Below are positions 48,809 through 59,675 of a stretch of 64,000 nucleotides of DNA, in pieces (position 1 is the first letter of the stretch; each line of letters starts with the position of its first letter). The translations under genes were made by a program, and so were the position numbers. The DNA is from Giardia intestinalis (taxonomy: Eukaryota). The stretch lies in assembly GCA_000002435.2 (NCBI GenBank), contig CM018793.1. The stretch is one strand, 5' to 3'. The notes beneath the pieces were generated by a model, which was not told where the DNA came from, ran no database searches, and saw nothing but the letters and a program-made list of their open reading frames with translations.

Positions 48809-50617
48809 GTGGTCGAGGACGGGGGCTTCATCTACGTCGTTATGGACCGTCACGACAAGACCCTCGAGCGCCTCCTCGCTAAACACAAACGATGGAAGAA
48901 CCCTGTGCCCACCAAAGTGATCTTCTCTGCCATGAAGCAAATCGCCGCCGCCCTCGCCTACCTCCACGACCTCAGTGGGGCAAATACTAGGGGGCTTGTC
49001 CACTGCGACCTCAGGCCTGCCAACGTCCTCATCAGCGAAGACGGGGAGCGCTTCATCATCGCTGGCCTCGGCCTCTGCAGGAACGCCCTGAGATGCGGGA
49101 GCACCATTGCAGGCACGGCAGTATACATGGCCCCCGAGGTGCTCCTCCACAACGAGCCCAGCCCCGCCTCTGACGTGTGGAGCCTCGGGGTCATCCTCTA
49201 CGAGATGGCCACTCTGAGGAGACCGGACTTCCTAGAAGGTAAAGACCCAAAAGACGTCTTCGTCGACAGGTGGAGGCCGGACCTGAGCGGTGTCACTGAT
49301 GGCTTCATGCAGAGTGTTCTGGAGAGGATCTTTGTACTGGATCCTGGGAGGAGGCCGACGGCCAGGGAGCTGCACGAAACGTTCGCTACATTCGACATCC
49401 CAGTTGGTGAGCTGGGGGGTCAGTGCGTGATGCTGAAGTACGAATGCAGCTCCTTGAAGATTGCTTTGAATAATGCTAATGCTAGGATTGCTACTCTTGA
49501 GGCAGCCTTCAAGAGGAGATCAAGTGAGGCCGACGCCCTGGGACAGGAGCCCCGACTTAAGACCTCTGAGATTGACGCGCTTGAAGGCCGGATAAAAGCA
49601 CTGGAGGATAAGCTTGCACAATCCAGTAGTGGGATGAACACGAGTAGCCCCCAGAGCAACCTCTCCGCGCTGCCTCAACTGATATACGCTGCACACACGA
49701 ATGACATGGAGACTGTCCGGGTGCTACTTGAAGAGGGGGTCACCGGCCAGCGCGACGAGCGGGAGATGACGGCCCTCATGCACGCGGCCCAGCAGGGGCA
49801 CATTGGTCCCGTCAAGCTGCTTGTTAAAAAGCAAAAGGGTCTCAAAGATAAAAACGGCTGGACCGCGCTCATGCACGCTGCACATGAGAACCACCCTGAG
49901 GTAATTGAAATTCTCGTCCCTCATGAGCATGGGAAGAGGAACAAGAACGGCCGCACTGCTCTCATGATTGCCGCAGAGAATGACAGCGCAGAAGCTGCTT
50001 CTGTTCTGGCTCCGTACGAGGAGGACATGATCGACAGACAAGGCAACACGGCCCTGATCCTTGCGGCAGAGGCAGGACACGAAGCTGTGGTGGAGGCTCT
50101 CGACCCAACCGATGATAGGGGCGTCACAGCGCTCATGCGGGCCGCGAAACTAAACGACACATTAGCAGTAAGCGTACTTATACCCATCCAGAAGAAGCGA
50201 GCTGTATATGCTGGGACGGCGCTAATACAAGCAGCAATATGCGGCCGCGTAGAAGCAGTACGACTGCTGATGCCATATGAGAGCAGGGCACGGGATGGTT
50301 GTGGTGCGACCGCCCTCATGAAGGCGGCCTCTGAGAATCATGCAGAAGTAGTACAGCTGTTGATGGAGCGCGAAGGCTGCATGCTGGATGTCCGTGCCTT
50401 GCCCGCTATCGCGCACGCAGCGTATGGCGGCCACTTAGAGATAGTGAAGCTGCTATTTGAAAAGGAGGGGCATCTAATAGACAAGTCTGACGAATCCCTC
50501 TTTGGTAAGCTTGAGGCTAAGGGCTACTCTGAGATAGCATCCTTCCTTAGGGACAGCCGTATACCGGGCGCCGACGACTGCAACGATCACCAAGCTGCTT
50601 CACGATCTCACGAGTAA
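48809..50617 (+). CDS. NEK-family kinase-like domain fused to an ankyrin-repeat array; N-lobe split by a frameshift (homologous N-terminus lies in ORF 48288-48701)
   Basis: Kinase landmarks present: beta-3 lysine AVKVI (frame +2, upstream of the GTG track start), HCDLRPANVL (HRD-like), IAGLGLC (DFG degenerate), VYMAPEV, DVWSLGVILYEM. A coiled-coil linker and about 10 ankyrin repeats follow. Upstream ORF 48288-48701 (...SSGSATVAFSAPQFTPRELHERLDDVLAKDPTSTIYSLEAIW) is the G-loop region in another frame. Confidence 0.75.
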   Translation: MVEDGGFIYVVMDRHDKTLERLLAKHKRWKNPVPTKVIFSAMKQIAAALAYLHDLSGANTRGLVHCDLRPANVLISEDGERFIIAGLGLCRNALRCGSTIAGTAVYMAPEVLLHNEPSPASDVWSLGVILYEMATLRRPDFLEGKDPKDVFVDRWRPDLSGVTDGFMQSVLERIFVLDPGRRPTARELHETFATFDIPVGELGGQCVMLKYECSSLKIALNNANARIATLEAAFKRRSSEADALGQEPRLKTSEIDALEGRIKALEDKLAQSSSGMNTSSPQSNLSALPQLIYAAHTNDMETVRVLLEEGVTGQRDEREMTALMHAAQQGHIGPVKLLVKKQKGLKDKNGWTALMHAAHENHPEVIEILVPHEHGKRNKNGRTALMIAAENDSAEAASVLAPYEEDMIDRQGNTALILAAEAGHEAVVEALDPTDDRGVTALMRAAKLNDTLAVSVLIPIQKKRAVYAGTALIQAAICGRVEAVRLLMPYESRARDGCGATALMKAASENHAEVVQLLMEREGCMLDVRALPAIAHAAYGGHLEIVKLLFEKEGHLIDKSDESLFGKLEAKGYSEIASFLRDSRIPGADDCNDHQAASRSHE

Positions 50618-50778
50618 ACCCGTCGTTCCCTTCACGAGAAGCAGAAGGCCCTGGAGAACAGGCCATACGGACCAGCGCCCCATGCTTCTGGCCGTGCCAA
50701 AATACCATGAAACAGCGTCTCCAAGTTTTCTATCAATATGTCTTATGAAGAGCCGCGATCGCAATTGGGAGGCAAAGA

Positions 50779-51537
50779 ATGGCACTTATTGAGGCGGCCA
50801 AGGAGAACAGGCTGGACTACGTCAGGGCCCACAAGGCCGCGGACGCAGGCCAGAGGGACGCAGACGGGAAGACGGCGCTCATGTGGGCCGCCGAGGCCGG
50901 GCACACCGCCGTCGCCCTGGAGCTGGTCGACGCAGAGGCGGGCCTGGTCTCGAACGACGGGTCCTTCGCGCTGATCGCGGCGGCAAAGAGGGGGAACCTC
51001 GAGCTGATCCAGGCCCTTTTCGAGAAGGAGGGGAGGCTGCGGGACGCCGGCAAGCTCTCCGCCCTCAACCACGCCTCCAGGGCGAAGCAGTTCGAGGCGG
51101 CCAAGGTCCTCCGGCTGAAGACCATCGAGACGATGGACGCGGCGATGCTGGAGCAGCTCCGCCAGAGGGTCGCGGCCACCTACACCGAGATGGCCAAGAA
51201 GTCGCAGCAGGCCGAGGTCAAGAGCCACAACATGGCCATCTTCCGCTCGTTCTTCGAGGCGTTCTACTCCCTCTCCTGCTCGGGGATCGACCAGGGGGCG
51301 GAGATCTCGGAGGAGCAGCTGAACAAGTCCCTCGAGAAGTGCCTGGGCGAGATCCGCAAGCTCCTCAACTCGAAGAAGTACACGAAGTGCGTGAAGTGCC
51401 GCGCCAACGCCCCCAACCTGGTCTGCATGCCGTGCAAGCACTACGTCCTCTGCAAGGACTGCGGGAAGGACGTGGCCAGCAAGGTCTGTCCTGCTTGCAA
51501 CAAGCCGGTCGAGGAGTTCATGGAGGTCTTCAAGTAA
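50779..51537 (+). CDS. ankyrin-repeat protein with C-terminal RING finger (putative E3 ubiquitin ligase); strongly GC-biased codons
   Basis: 252 aa with three to four ankyrin repeats (GKTALMWAAEAGHTAVALELV..., SFALIAAAKRGNLELIQALF...), a coiled-coil linker and a C3HC4 RING: CVKCRANAPNLVCMPCKHYVLCKDCGKDVASKVCPACNKPV. GC3 is about 85%. Confidence 0.75.
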   Translation: MALIEAAKENRLDYVRAHKAADAGQRDADGKTALMWAAEAGHTAVALELVDAEAGLVSNDGSFALIAAAKRGNLELIQALFEKEGRLRDAGKLSALNHASRAKQFEAAKVLRLKTIETMDAAMLEQLRQRVAATYTEMAKKSQQAEVKSHNMAIFRSFFEAFYSLSCSGIDQGAEISEEQLNKSLEKCLGEIRKLLNSKKYTKCVKCRANAPNLVCMPCKHYVLCKDCGKDVASKVCPACNKPVEEFMEVFK

Positions 51538-51573
51538 ACGCTAAGAGGCGCTCCACGCACTGCAGATGTCCAC

Positions 51574-54206
51574 CTAGTCGGGGCTCACCAGTAGGATTGC
51601 TTTGGCAGCTGCGCCACGAACCACACAGGACGGAGACGCGGTGATTGGCGCAGCCTCAGAAGGAGCCAGCGGACGCGACCCGTGACAGTCTGACAGGACC
51701 AGATTTGTGAAGACGTCTGCCTCTGCAAGCCCCTCCACCCAGCGGCCGTAGCCGAGACCCACCCTGGCCCTCTTTCCCATCAGTCCACCCAGACAAGGCT
51801 TACTGTAGAACCGATGCTTCCCGCTGTTCAGTGTATTTGTTTGGCTAAAGACACGCGGGTCCTTTTCAGATGCGGCTGCAGGGCCATCCCGCGTGGAGCT
51901 GGGAGAGCGCAACGGCCTCCTCCGCCGCGTACTGCTCCGGGGCGTCGGCAGGCTGCTCTCGTAGAGCCAGCCGTGGTGGGCCAGCGCCAGCCGTCCTCGC
52001 TGCACGGGCTTATGGAGAGCTGGTAGATGAGCCTCGTCAGGTGCTCGCGGAAGGCGGGGAGGCCCTGCAGCTCGAACACCCCGTATATGCGCGAGTAGTC
52101 CCCGCCGCGAGAGCAGTATGTGCTTGGCGATCTTCAGAAGCACGACGATGGACGAAAGGTTGTTGACCTTGGACAGCTGGTACCCTGGGAAGTTGCACGT
52201 GAGCGTGCCCGCCGTGTTTATGTTGGCGGGGTTGTTGGTGCTATTGTCTCCGCGCAGGAACTCCATCAGGTTGGCCAGGTTGTTCGGGATGTACGCCATC
52301 GGCGGCCTGGAGCCCCCACCCGGGACGCTCTGCGCCGCGGCCCCTGGCTGGCCGCCGTGCTGGACGGCTGCAGGATGTGCGAGACGTAGCCGTAGAAGCA
52401 GCGCGACGCCGTCAGCAGGCAGAACAGCCGCCTGCCGCTCGCCAGGCTGTGGAGGGGCCTCGCGGGGCCTAGCGCCGGGTCCGGCGGGGCGCCCTGCTTG
52501 GCGGGCCTGGCCTGCAGGAGGAGAAGGATGTGGAGGCAGCTCTTCAGCACAGACTCCCGGACGTGCTGCGTGGACGATGGGGTGTTGTTGGAGAACGCGC
52601 CCTTCTCAGCGTCCTTCGTCGTGCCCGCAGCCGCCTTGGCCGACAGGACCGTCTCGAGCATGTGGGGGACCCCGCACAGCGCCAGGCGGAGCAGCGACGA
52701 GAGGAACGCCGGCATGTCGACCTCCCGGTTCAGGTGGTAGAGCTGGTGCCCCAGGACGCAGTCGGCCTCGTTGGAAATGCCGACGAGCATCGCCTGCTGG
52801 ACGTCCAGGGGGAGCGCGTAGGCGAGCACATTGACCAGCTCGTGGTACTTGATGCTGCGGAACCGCTCCTCGTGGTAGTTGAAGGACAGCACCTTCTCTA
52901 TGCACCGCTCGAAGTAGGGCAGATTGCCCTTCGCACCCGGCCTCCCCGAGAACGGGAAGGACGCGGTCAGCCCCCGCTTGACCCTGTTGAGGTACATGCG
53001 GTAGTCGCCGGTGGCCACCGCGTTGCCGAGGGTGCGCTCCAGCTCGGCGTCGTGCCCGCCGCCCAGGTCGCTCCGACCGCCGACAGAGGTCTCCTGGGAG
53101 CGCGACACGACGGACTCTCTGGCGTCGCAGCTGTACCGCATGGCCATGTACCCCCCGTGGAGGTCTGCCAGGGACTGCAGGCCGATCCGCACGTCCGGCC
53201 CGGGGAGCGGCTGGAAGAGCCCCGGGCGCCGCCTGTTGGGCTGGGGGCGTTGAAGGCTGTCATGACGCTTGCACACTCTGCTATCTGGTCTGCGACGCCC
53301 TTGTCGGCGTAGGGGAGACGTTGCCGGACGAGAAGGGGGCGTCCTTCGGCCTGAACGAGCCCTCGAAGAACCGCAGCAGGGCCGCGACAGACGAGGACGT
53401 GGGGTTGACGTAGCCACGAAAGCGCGGGGGCGGAAGCCGCTTGACGGTCTTGATCGCGCAAGACCCGGCGCTGCCCTGCTCCTCCAGGGCCATCCTGCGG
53501 ATGCTCCGGCACTTCCGGGCCTGCTTGTGGTCGCCCAGCGGGCCCAGGAGGAGGAGGAGCGCCTGTCTCAGCAGGGCCACCGGGCGGCAGCAAGCCACGC
53601 AGCGGGCGATCGCGTTGTTGAAGGTGTTGTTGTGCGGGCCCGCGTCTGCCTGGATCAGCTTGGAGAGTAGGAGCGCAAGGGGGTGGACCAGAGCCCTGAC
53701 GAAGCCTTCGAAGGTGTGGAGGTAGGGCGAGCAGTCGACTGAGCCGTCCAGGCGATCGTAGACGGTGTGCTCGAAGACGGTGACCCCCCGCAGGTTCAGG
53801 GAGGCCAGCACGAGATGCAGGACCTGGATGCAGTGGGTCAGGGGAGGCGGGAGCTGCTTGCTTGCGTTCTGCGTCGACTCCGCCCTCAAGTCCGAGAGGG
53901 AGACCGCGCACTCGCCGGGACGCCGAACCGCTTGAGGACCTGCCTGAAAAGGGAGCCGCCGTTGTGGAGGAAGAGGAGGAGCGCCCGCCTCGCCTCGTCG
54001 GCGCCCAGCTCGTCCTCGAAGAGCGAGAGGAACGACTCGCTGAGCTCGTAGATCGCCGGCTCCACGTCCGACCACACGACCGAGAGCGGGGCGGTCGTCC
54101 GGTCCCAGTCCAGGCTTCCGTCCCCCATGTTTGCGTTTTCTGGCCCCGCGTGTCCCTCTGCCCCAATCCATAGGGCCATGGGCTTGAGCAGACGAGAGCC
54201 GCCCAT
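51574..54206 (-). pseudogene. GC-rich protein-coding gene of unknown function interrupted by at least 3 frameshifts (pseudogene or assembly errors)
   Basis: Successive minus-strand ORFs in different frames read like real protein (Y/F/N/K/H-containing): ...AIYELSESFLSLFEDELGADEARRALLLFLHNGGSLFRQVLKRFG...; ...FEHTVYDRLDGSVDCSPYLHTFEGFVRALVHPLALLLSKLIQAD...; ...GDYRMYLNRVKRGLTASFPFSGRPGAKGNLPYFERCIEKVLSFNYHEERFRSIKYHELVNVLAYALPLDVQQAMLVGISNEADCVLGHQLYHLNREVDMPAFLSSLLRLALCGVPHMLETV...; ...AYIPNNLANLMEFLRGDNSTNNPANINTAGTLTCNFPGYQLSKVNNLSS... The plus-strand ORFs over the same span look antisense-like. Family not recognised. Confidence 0.4.
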
Positions 54207-55764
54207 TCATCCTCTACTATACGTTTCCACGGATGGCACCGTTCGCGGCAGGGGCACTGAAGCCTCAGGCGTTCCTCTCTGCCAACAACCATGAACTACG
54301 GTAAGGTTCTGACTAGGCTGGAAGGCGCTCTGGCGGTGGCACGGGCAACTGCTAGACCCACCCGCATCGGCCTCTGGTCATGAAGGCGAGCTGGCCCTTC
54401 CTTGGTGTGTCCTCCATACTAGTGGGACTTGCCGCGCTTCCCCCTCACGTGCAGCCAAAGGCCATGGCCGACGTCCGCACTGGTCATATAGCCGACCTCT
54501 GTGACTCTGGTGGCAGCGTGCTTGCTCGCTTATTCCGCGAGGCATGGGCATGGTAGTTACCGGCCTTGCTGCACAGCTCTTGACGGCGCCTTCCAGCCAT
54601 TGCATCGGCCAGCTGTGCTACTTACAAGAAGCTCGCGCGCGTTCCCAACGTTGCAGCGACGCACGCTTGATCCCCGGCGGTGATTACTTTCATTAGTGGT
54701 GGTGCCCGCTCCGTCTCTAATCTAGTGTCGAACACACCAAGGATACGGCGGCGCCACTCACGTTGCCGACGACCGCTTTATCCTGGCTTCTCAGATTGAA
54801 GGAGTGCTCTTGCTGGGCGTGGGCTCCCACGCTCCCCTTCATGGCCTCCTGGCCCTGTGCAATCTCTTCCTGGAGGACGGGGTGCTGCTGCGCGCGATGT
54901 CGTGCACGGCATGTCGCCGAAGCAATAGCAGGGCTGCGCAATCATGCATCCACTTGGTGGGCTACATGACTTGGCCCGCCATGCTTCTCTGTGCCTTCTT
55001 GTCAGTGCTAAGCGGGCACCCTTACGACGGCCAGCGCCTATGCGGCTGCGTGTCCATTCAATATATTTGCTCGCGTCCTTGCCGGTTTACCGTACTTGGT
55101 CTCCTCATTGAGCTCTGCAATTGCCAGCTGCCACAGAGCGAGGCAGGTTCTTACTCTGCCCGAGGGCGATTATTGTGGGAAGCTCCATGCAAAGAACGAC
55201 TCCACAGCGGCTCAGTTTGTTATATGGACAGCGGGCAACCCGAGTTATTCGTGGGGGAGACAGTGCCACAGACACATACCCTCTTCTCTCAATTCTAACG
55301 AGCAATCTTACAAGACCAGAAACAGAAGATTGCTGTCCATGAGGGCGGCTCTAAACTGCTCGGCGCATACAATGCACTCGAGAAGAGGCCTCCTGAAGAT
55401 GTGCTGGTAGGTGCGGAATCGGACGGTCCGATCGAGACGCCGTCCCTGGCAGCCACTGGTTCTCCTAGGGGCGACGAGCCCCATGCCCCCGATGGACTCC
55501 CACTTCCAAAGCCCCAGCCAGCAACGTCTGGTGCCTCCAAGTGCTCCTCTCAAACTAGCCAGTTACCTTATTGCACTGAGGCTAGTTTGTCAGCTGTTGC
55601 CTGACCAGGTCCTCCATGCGAGCCACCGCCGCCCTAGGTTGACAACCTCTCGCTCGTTCACTAGCTGAGACCCAGAATCCGAAAGTCGGATGTCGTCCAG
55701 TTCTGACGGGGAAGATTTATGCCCCCTCCCTCGAGGTGATAGCGAATGCAGATGAGCGTTCGAG

Positions 55765-56082
55765 GCTGGTAATGGCACCAATCACTCGCCCCGCTTGTCG
55801 AGACGGACCCACACGTGACCTATGTGAATCCCTCGACGGGCAAGTTGGGGCCCCTGGGGTGCTTGGCTGACAGAGGCGGACGAGTCCTGGCTGCCCACAA
55901 CCAGCCGGCGGAAGGGGAGGTCCTAGAAGGCCCTGCGAGAAGCACAGCAGCTCCCAAGAGGATAGGGCAAACCTTCTTCTTCTCCCACGGGGATCTAGGA
56001 CATCCGGCTCTCGGGTCTCGGAAGGTGAGCGGGAGGTCCACTCAGAGCGATGGCTCGCATGGAGAGATTTACTTAGATAGCA
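55765..56082 (+). repeat. ~320-bp dispersed direct repeat, copy 2 (the first copy is at 23170-23493)
   Basis: See copy 1. Both copies terminate GC-rich blocks, and AT-normal unique sequence follows. Confidence 0.85.
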
Positions 56083-56275
56083 AATGATAAGCCCCATCTC
56101 AGTGAAACAGAGAGTAAATGGATTACTTGGACAGCGACTAGCAGATCAACCTCGATACCCCATTGGTACAGTTGACTATACGCTTAAGTAAATCTCTCCA
56201 TGCTTACCACAACAGGAACTTAACTTGTACTAATGTTCATCAGTATATAAGAACACAACATCAATCTGCAGTAAT

Positions 56276-59200
56276 TCACATGGCCCCCATTGAGCCTGGG
56301 GTCATAGAAATAGCATGTCTTGCTGTACACTCTGATGCATTAGCTATGCTGTTCATGCGCGGTGTAAGCATTAATCCTTGAAAGCTTCCTGCTTGTGGTA
56401 ACTGTAACATCATTTTTTCCTGTCCTTGTGGAGCATTTGGAGTCATGGATGGCTCAGAAAATGCGCTTGCCGGATAGGCATACGTGGCTGCCCCCGGATT
56501 CAGCGAGCTAACCGTGATAGATGACGTGAGGTTAGCTGCGGAAAGGGAACCGTCACTATCAACCGTATTTTCACTATAACCATTCTGTGTCATGAGAGCA
56601 GAGACAGTTGCCTTAAGCTCAGTGATATTTTCAGTATATTTTGTCTTCAGCTTCTTTAGAGTCGCCTGAAGCTTTTGTATTTGCCCATCTTTCTCTGCTA
56701 GTTCTTTTCCATGTTGTTCCTGTAAGTCTGAAATTTTCGCTAACTGCCGGCTTGAAAGTTCGGCTACTGTAGCTTGTTCCTTCTCCACTCGACGCTTTGC
56801 ACCCAAAAGCTCAGTAGTAAGATTAGTTATTTTGGCTGCGTTTGCAAGAGCCTCGTCTTTTGATTCCTGTTTGAGCCTAATTATTTCTCTTTCGCGTTTC
56901 TCCACAGAGTTAGCGTATCGTGTGTTGACATCTGCCAAGTCCTCCATCAGCTTAGAAATTTGTTGCCTATAGTGTGCTATCTCCTTCTTAGCATGCTCTT
57001 GCTGCTCTTCAAGCTGTCGCCTAAGTTGATCGACATCCGAAATCCTTGTGTTGTCTGCTGTCACCTGCACTTCTTGCAGCATCTCTAGCCGTCCATTGAG
57101 CTCCTGTATCTTTATAGTGGCGTCCATAGTTGTCTCAGTCAGTTCAACCTTTAAAGCACTTATATTTTCCTGAAGTTTTTCTATCATCTCATCCTTAGTT
57201 TTTAGCTGTGCCTCTAAATCAGTCCTCACCTCGGCAAGCATGCTCTTCGAAGATAAAAGTTCAGCTTGCAGGCGCTCAACTTCTGTAGTGTTAGTCTTCT
57301 GTATTATCTCTGATTTGGCTCGGACCATTTCCAACTCGGACTGGAGCTTCAATTGCTCCATCTCCCCAGTGGTCCTAGTGGCATTGCACTTTGCGTGGGA
57401 TTGCTCGAGCTGAGACTGCAGCTGAGACATTTGCGCCAGTTCTTCCTTCCGTTTCTGCTTCATGTCTTCGTTTGCATCTGTTAGTCGTGTTAATTCGTGT
57501 TCCTTTTCTGCCAACAACTCGCTGAACTGAGCCTTTTGTTGCTCTAGCACAGTATATAACTCTCTTAGTTGTGCATCCTTTTCATCAACACTTGCTAAAT
57601 AATCCTTTTTGTTGCGTTCTAATTGCTCATTCAGCATAACTATTCGCTCTTCTGTATCTGTAACGTACCGTTCGTGTACTTTCTTTGCCAGAGAGAGTTC
57701 TGAATTCAGCTGCGCTAGCTTTTCCTCTTGAGATGCAGCATCAGCCTCGCTCTGGGCCTGGAGCACTGCGTATCGACTACAGAGTCCCTTTAACTGTGCA
57801 TTCAGTCTTGACTGTGTGCTATTTCCGTCGGCAATGAGAAACTCTTGGTTTTTACGCAATTCCGTTAGCTCGTTTTGGAGATCAATAATGTTGTTCTTGC
57901 ACTCCTTAATTTGCCTATCCTTTTCTTTGATTGTTTCTGCTAGGCGAGTCTGAATAAGCTCTGTGTCCGCTTCAGCGGCTTGAACCGCGGCTTTGCTCTC
58001 TTCTCTTACACTTTGCATCTCTGCAGTTAAAGTGTTAAGTAAAGTAGTTTTTTCTTCAGTGACCCGTTCTACACTAGCATTGACTTTTTCAAGGCTGTCT
58101 TCAAGCAGCTTGAGTCTAGCTTCCATAGTGGCTTTGTAAATCTTATACTCTCCTGAAAGGGTCTCATATTCACTGCGCAGCGATCCAATGTCTTCGTCTT
58201 TTTTTAGTAATAGAGCAGTGTTCTCCGCATTGAAGTTAGAGAGCTGCGCTAGGAGGTCCTGCTTTTCTTTTTCAATACGCTGGATGTCGCTATTTGCACG
58301 TTCTTGGATCTCTTGCCTCTGCATGGCTTGTATGTCCGCCTCATTGCGCTTCTCCTCGTTAAGGGATTGAATAACCTCTTTTAAATTGGAAATCTCCAAC
58401 TCCAGCTTTTCAACTTCGCTCTCTTTGCGTAGTAATGCAGTCTCGGATGTACTGGCCAATGCAGTTAGCTTTGAGTTCAGAGAGATTACCTGAGACTCCG
58501 CGGTTTGGAGCCGCGCCTTGCACTCTATGAGCTCCCGGCTTGTCCTGTCGGCTTCTGCCTCTAAAAGTTTATAATCAGCAGTCGTGTTGGACATCTTTGC
58601 CTTCAGTTCATCTAAGACTGTGTCACGCTCCCGGAGAGTTCGCTCAGACAGGCACCTGATTTCATCGCACTTCAACAGATATGTGCGGATTTCCTCATTC
58701 TTCTTTCCTTCCATGTCTTCGGAATGCTTGATAGCTTCCTTGAGATTTTCTATTTCTTGCTCACGCTTTTCAAGCAATGAGACAAGATAGGCTTGCATTG
58801 CTGATTTTTGTTGATTTTCTTCGTGTAACTTCATTAATTCGCTATTTAAGATATTATTATCCTCAACCACTTTGGCCATGTTTTGTCGCAAGTTTACCAA
58901 ACCCTCCATGACCTGGTTATTTATAGACTCGTTTGCACCGTTCATAGATTGCAGCAGTGTATATATCTGTTTAGGGGTTATCCTGGCTATATCACTTTCT
59001 GAAAGGGAGGCGGCCGGAATGACTGTTGGGCGCTCTTTGCTAAATGTGACTTCCTTCGGCAATCCTTTTCTTGATGGACAGTTGTCTCCAGAGAGGGATA
59101 AAAGAGGGTCGAGTTCCACGGACTGGTGGAGGCTGTCTTGCATGTCGGAAATGTCTGCACTCATGTCTTTCATGGCAGTGTACGCTTCATCTATCGCTTT

Positions 59201-59413
59201 CTTTCTGGCCTCAAACTTTTCTAAGGTTGTCTTTGGGTTATTCTGGCTTGTAGTGCTCTTCTGTGCCTGAGAGTAAAGATTGGTGATAGCCTCACGAAGA
59301 TCGTTAGCCAGCTGATTCTTCGGTTCCAGCTGTGGCCTGGGCTGCACAAAAGCTTCTGGCGGCGTAGTATCTAGCGCCATCTCCCTGTTATCCATCAACA
59401 GAGCTATATTCAA
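56276..59413 (-). CDS. very long coiled-coil protein (1045 aa), cytoskeletal/filament-type
   Basis: Almost the entire ORF is heptad-repeat coiled coil rich in E/K/L/Q. A short Ser/Ala/Pro-rich C-terminal tail follows, with no globular head domains. Giardia encodes many such axoneme/median-body-associated coiled-coil proteins, but the specific identity is not determinable here. Confidence 0.8.
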   Translation of the reverse strand: MNIALLMDNREMALDTTPPEAFVQPRPQLEPKNQLANDLREAITNLYSQAQKSTTSQNNPKTTLEKFEARKKAIDEAYTAMKDMSADISDMQDSLHQSVELDPLLSLSGDNCPSRKGLPKEVTFSKERPTVIPAASLSESDIARITPKQIYTLLQSMNGANESINNQVMEGLVNLRQNMAKVVEDNNILNSELMKLHEENQQKSAMQAYLVSLLEKREQEIENLKEAIKHSEDMEGKKNEEIRTYLLKCDEIRCLSERTLRERDTVLDELKAKMSNTTADYKLLEAEADRTSRELIECKARLQTAESQVISLNSKLTALASTSETALLRKESEVEKLELEISNLKEVIQSLNEEKRNEADIQAMQRQEIQERANSDIQRIEKEKQDLLAQLSNFNAENTALLLKKDEDIGSLRSEYETLSGEYKIYKATMEARLKLLEDSLEKVNASVERVTEEKTTLLNTLTAEMQSVREESKAAVQAAEADTELIQTRLAETIKEKDRQIKECKNNIIDLQNELTELRKNQEFLIADGNSTQSRLNAQLKGLCSRYAVLQAQSEADAASQEEKLAQLNSELSLAKKVHERYVTDTEERIVMLNEQLERNKKDYLASVDEKDAQLRELYTVLEQQKAQFSELLAEKEHELTRLTDANEDMKQKRKEELAQMSQLQSQLEQSHAKCNATRTTGEMEQLKLQSELEMVRAKSEIIQKTNTTEVERLQAELLSSKSMLAEVRTDLEAQLKTKDEMIEKLQENISALKVELTETTMDATIKIQELNGRLEMLQEVQVTADNTRISDVDQLRRQLEEQQEHAKKEIAHYRQQISKLMEDLADVNTRYANSVEKREREIIRLKQESKDEALANAAKITNLTTELLGAKRRVEKEQATVAELSSRQLAKISDLQEQHGKELAEKDGQIQKLQATLKKLKTKYTENITELKATVSALMTQNGYSENTVDSDGSLSAANLTSSITVSSLNPGAATYAYPASAFSEPSMTPNAPQGQEKMMLQLPQAGSFQGLMLTPRMNSIANASECTARHAISMTPGSMGAM

Positions 59414-59675
59414 AAGTAGGATAAATTTTAGTGGGAGTTAAATCTGGCTGCATACCAGTAGCTTAGCAAGGCACCCCATAGAGTGGCGGTTACAGCGTTT
59501 CTATGAAATGTTTGAGTGGAAAAGTATCAGAGTCTCTTCAGACAGAGTGAGGTTGAGTGCTAGATTTACTGTCAGGCAATATTAGTGTATTATTAGATGA
59601 GAACTATGCTATGTACCGAATCGCTAGCGGGAGTTACGAGGCCTCTAACAGCCTAGACTCTCACATCTTTTAAAA

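Noticed and set aside
51800-55700. Plus-strand ORFs in GC block 3 (52118-52834, 52530-53312, 53269-53670, 54804-55298, etc.)
   Set aside because: They look like antisense translations of the minus-strand frameshifted gene, or like GC-junk (RGGAP-rich, L/V/E/Q-rich 'antisense' signature).
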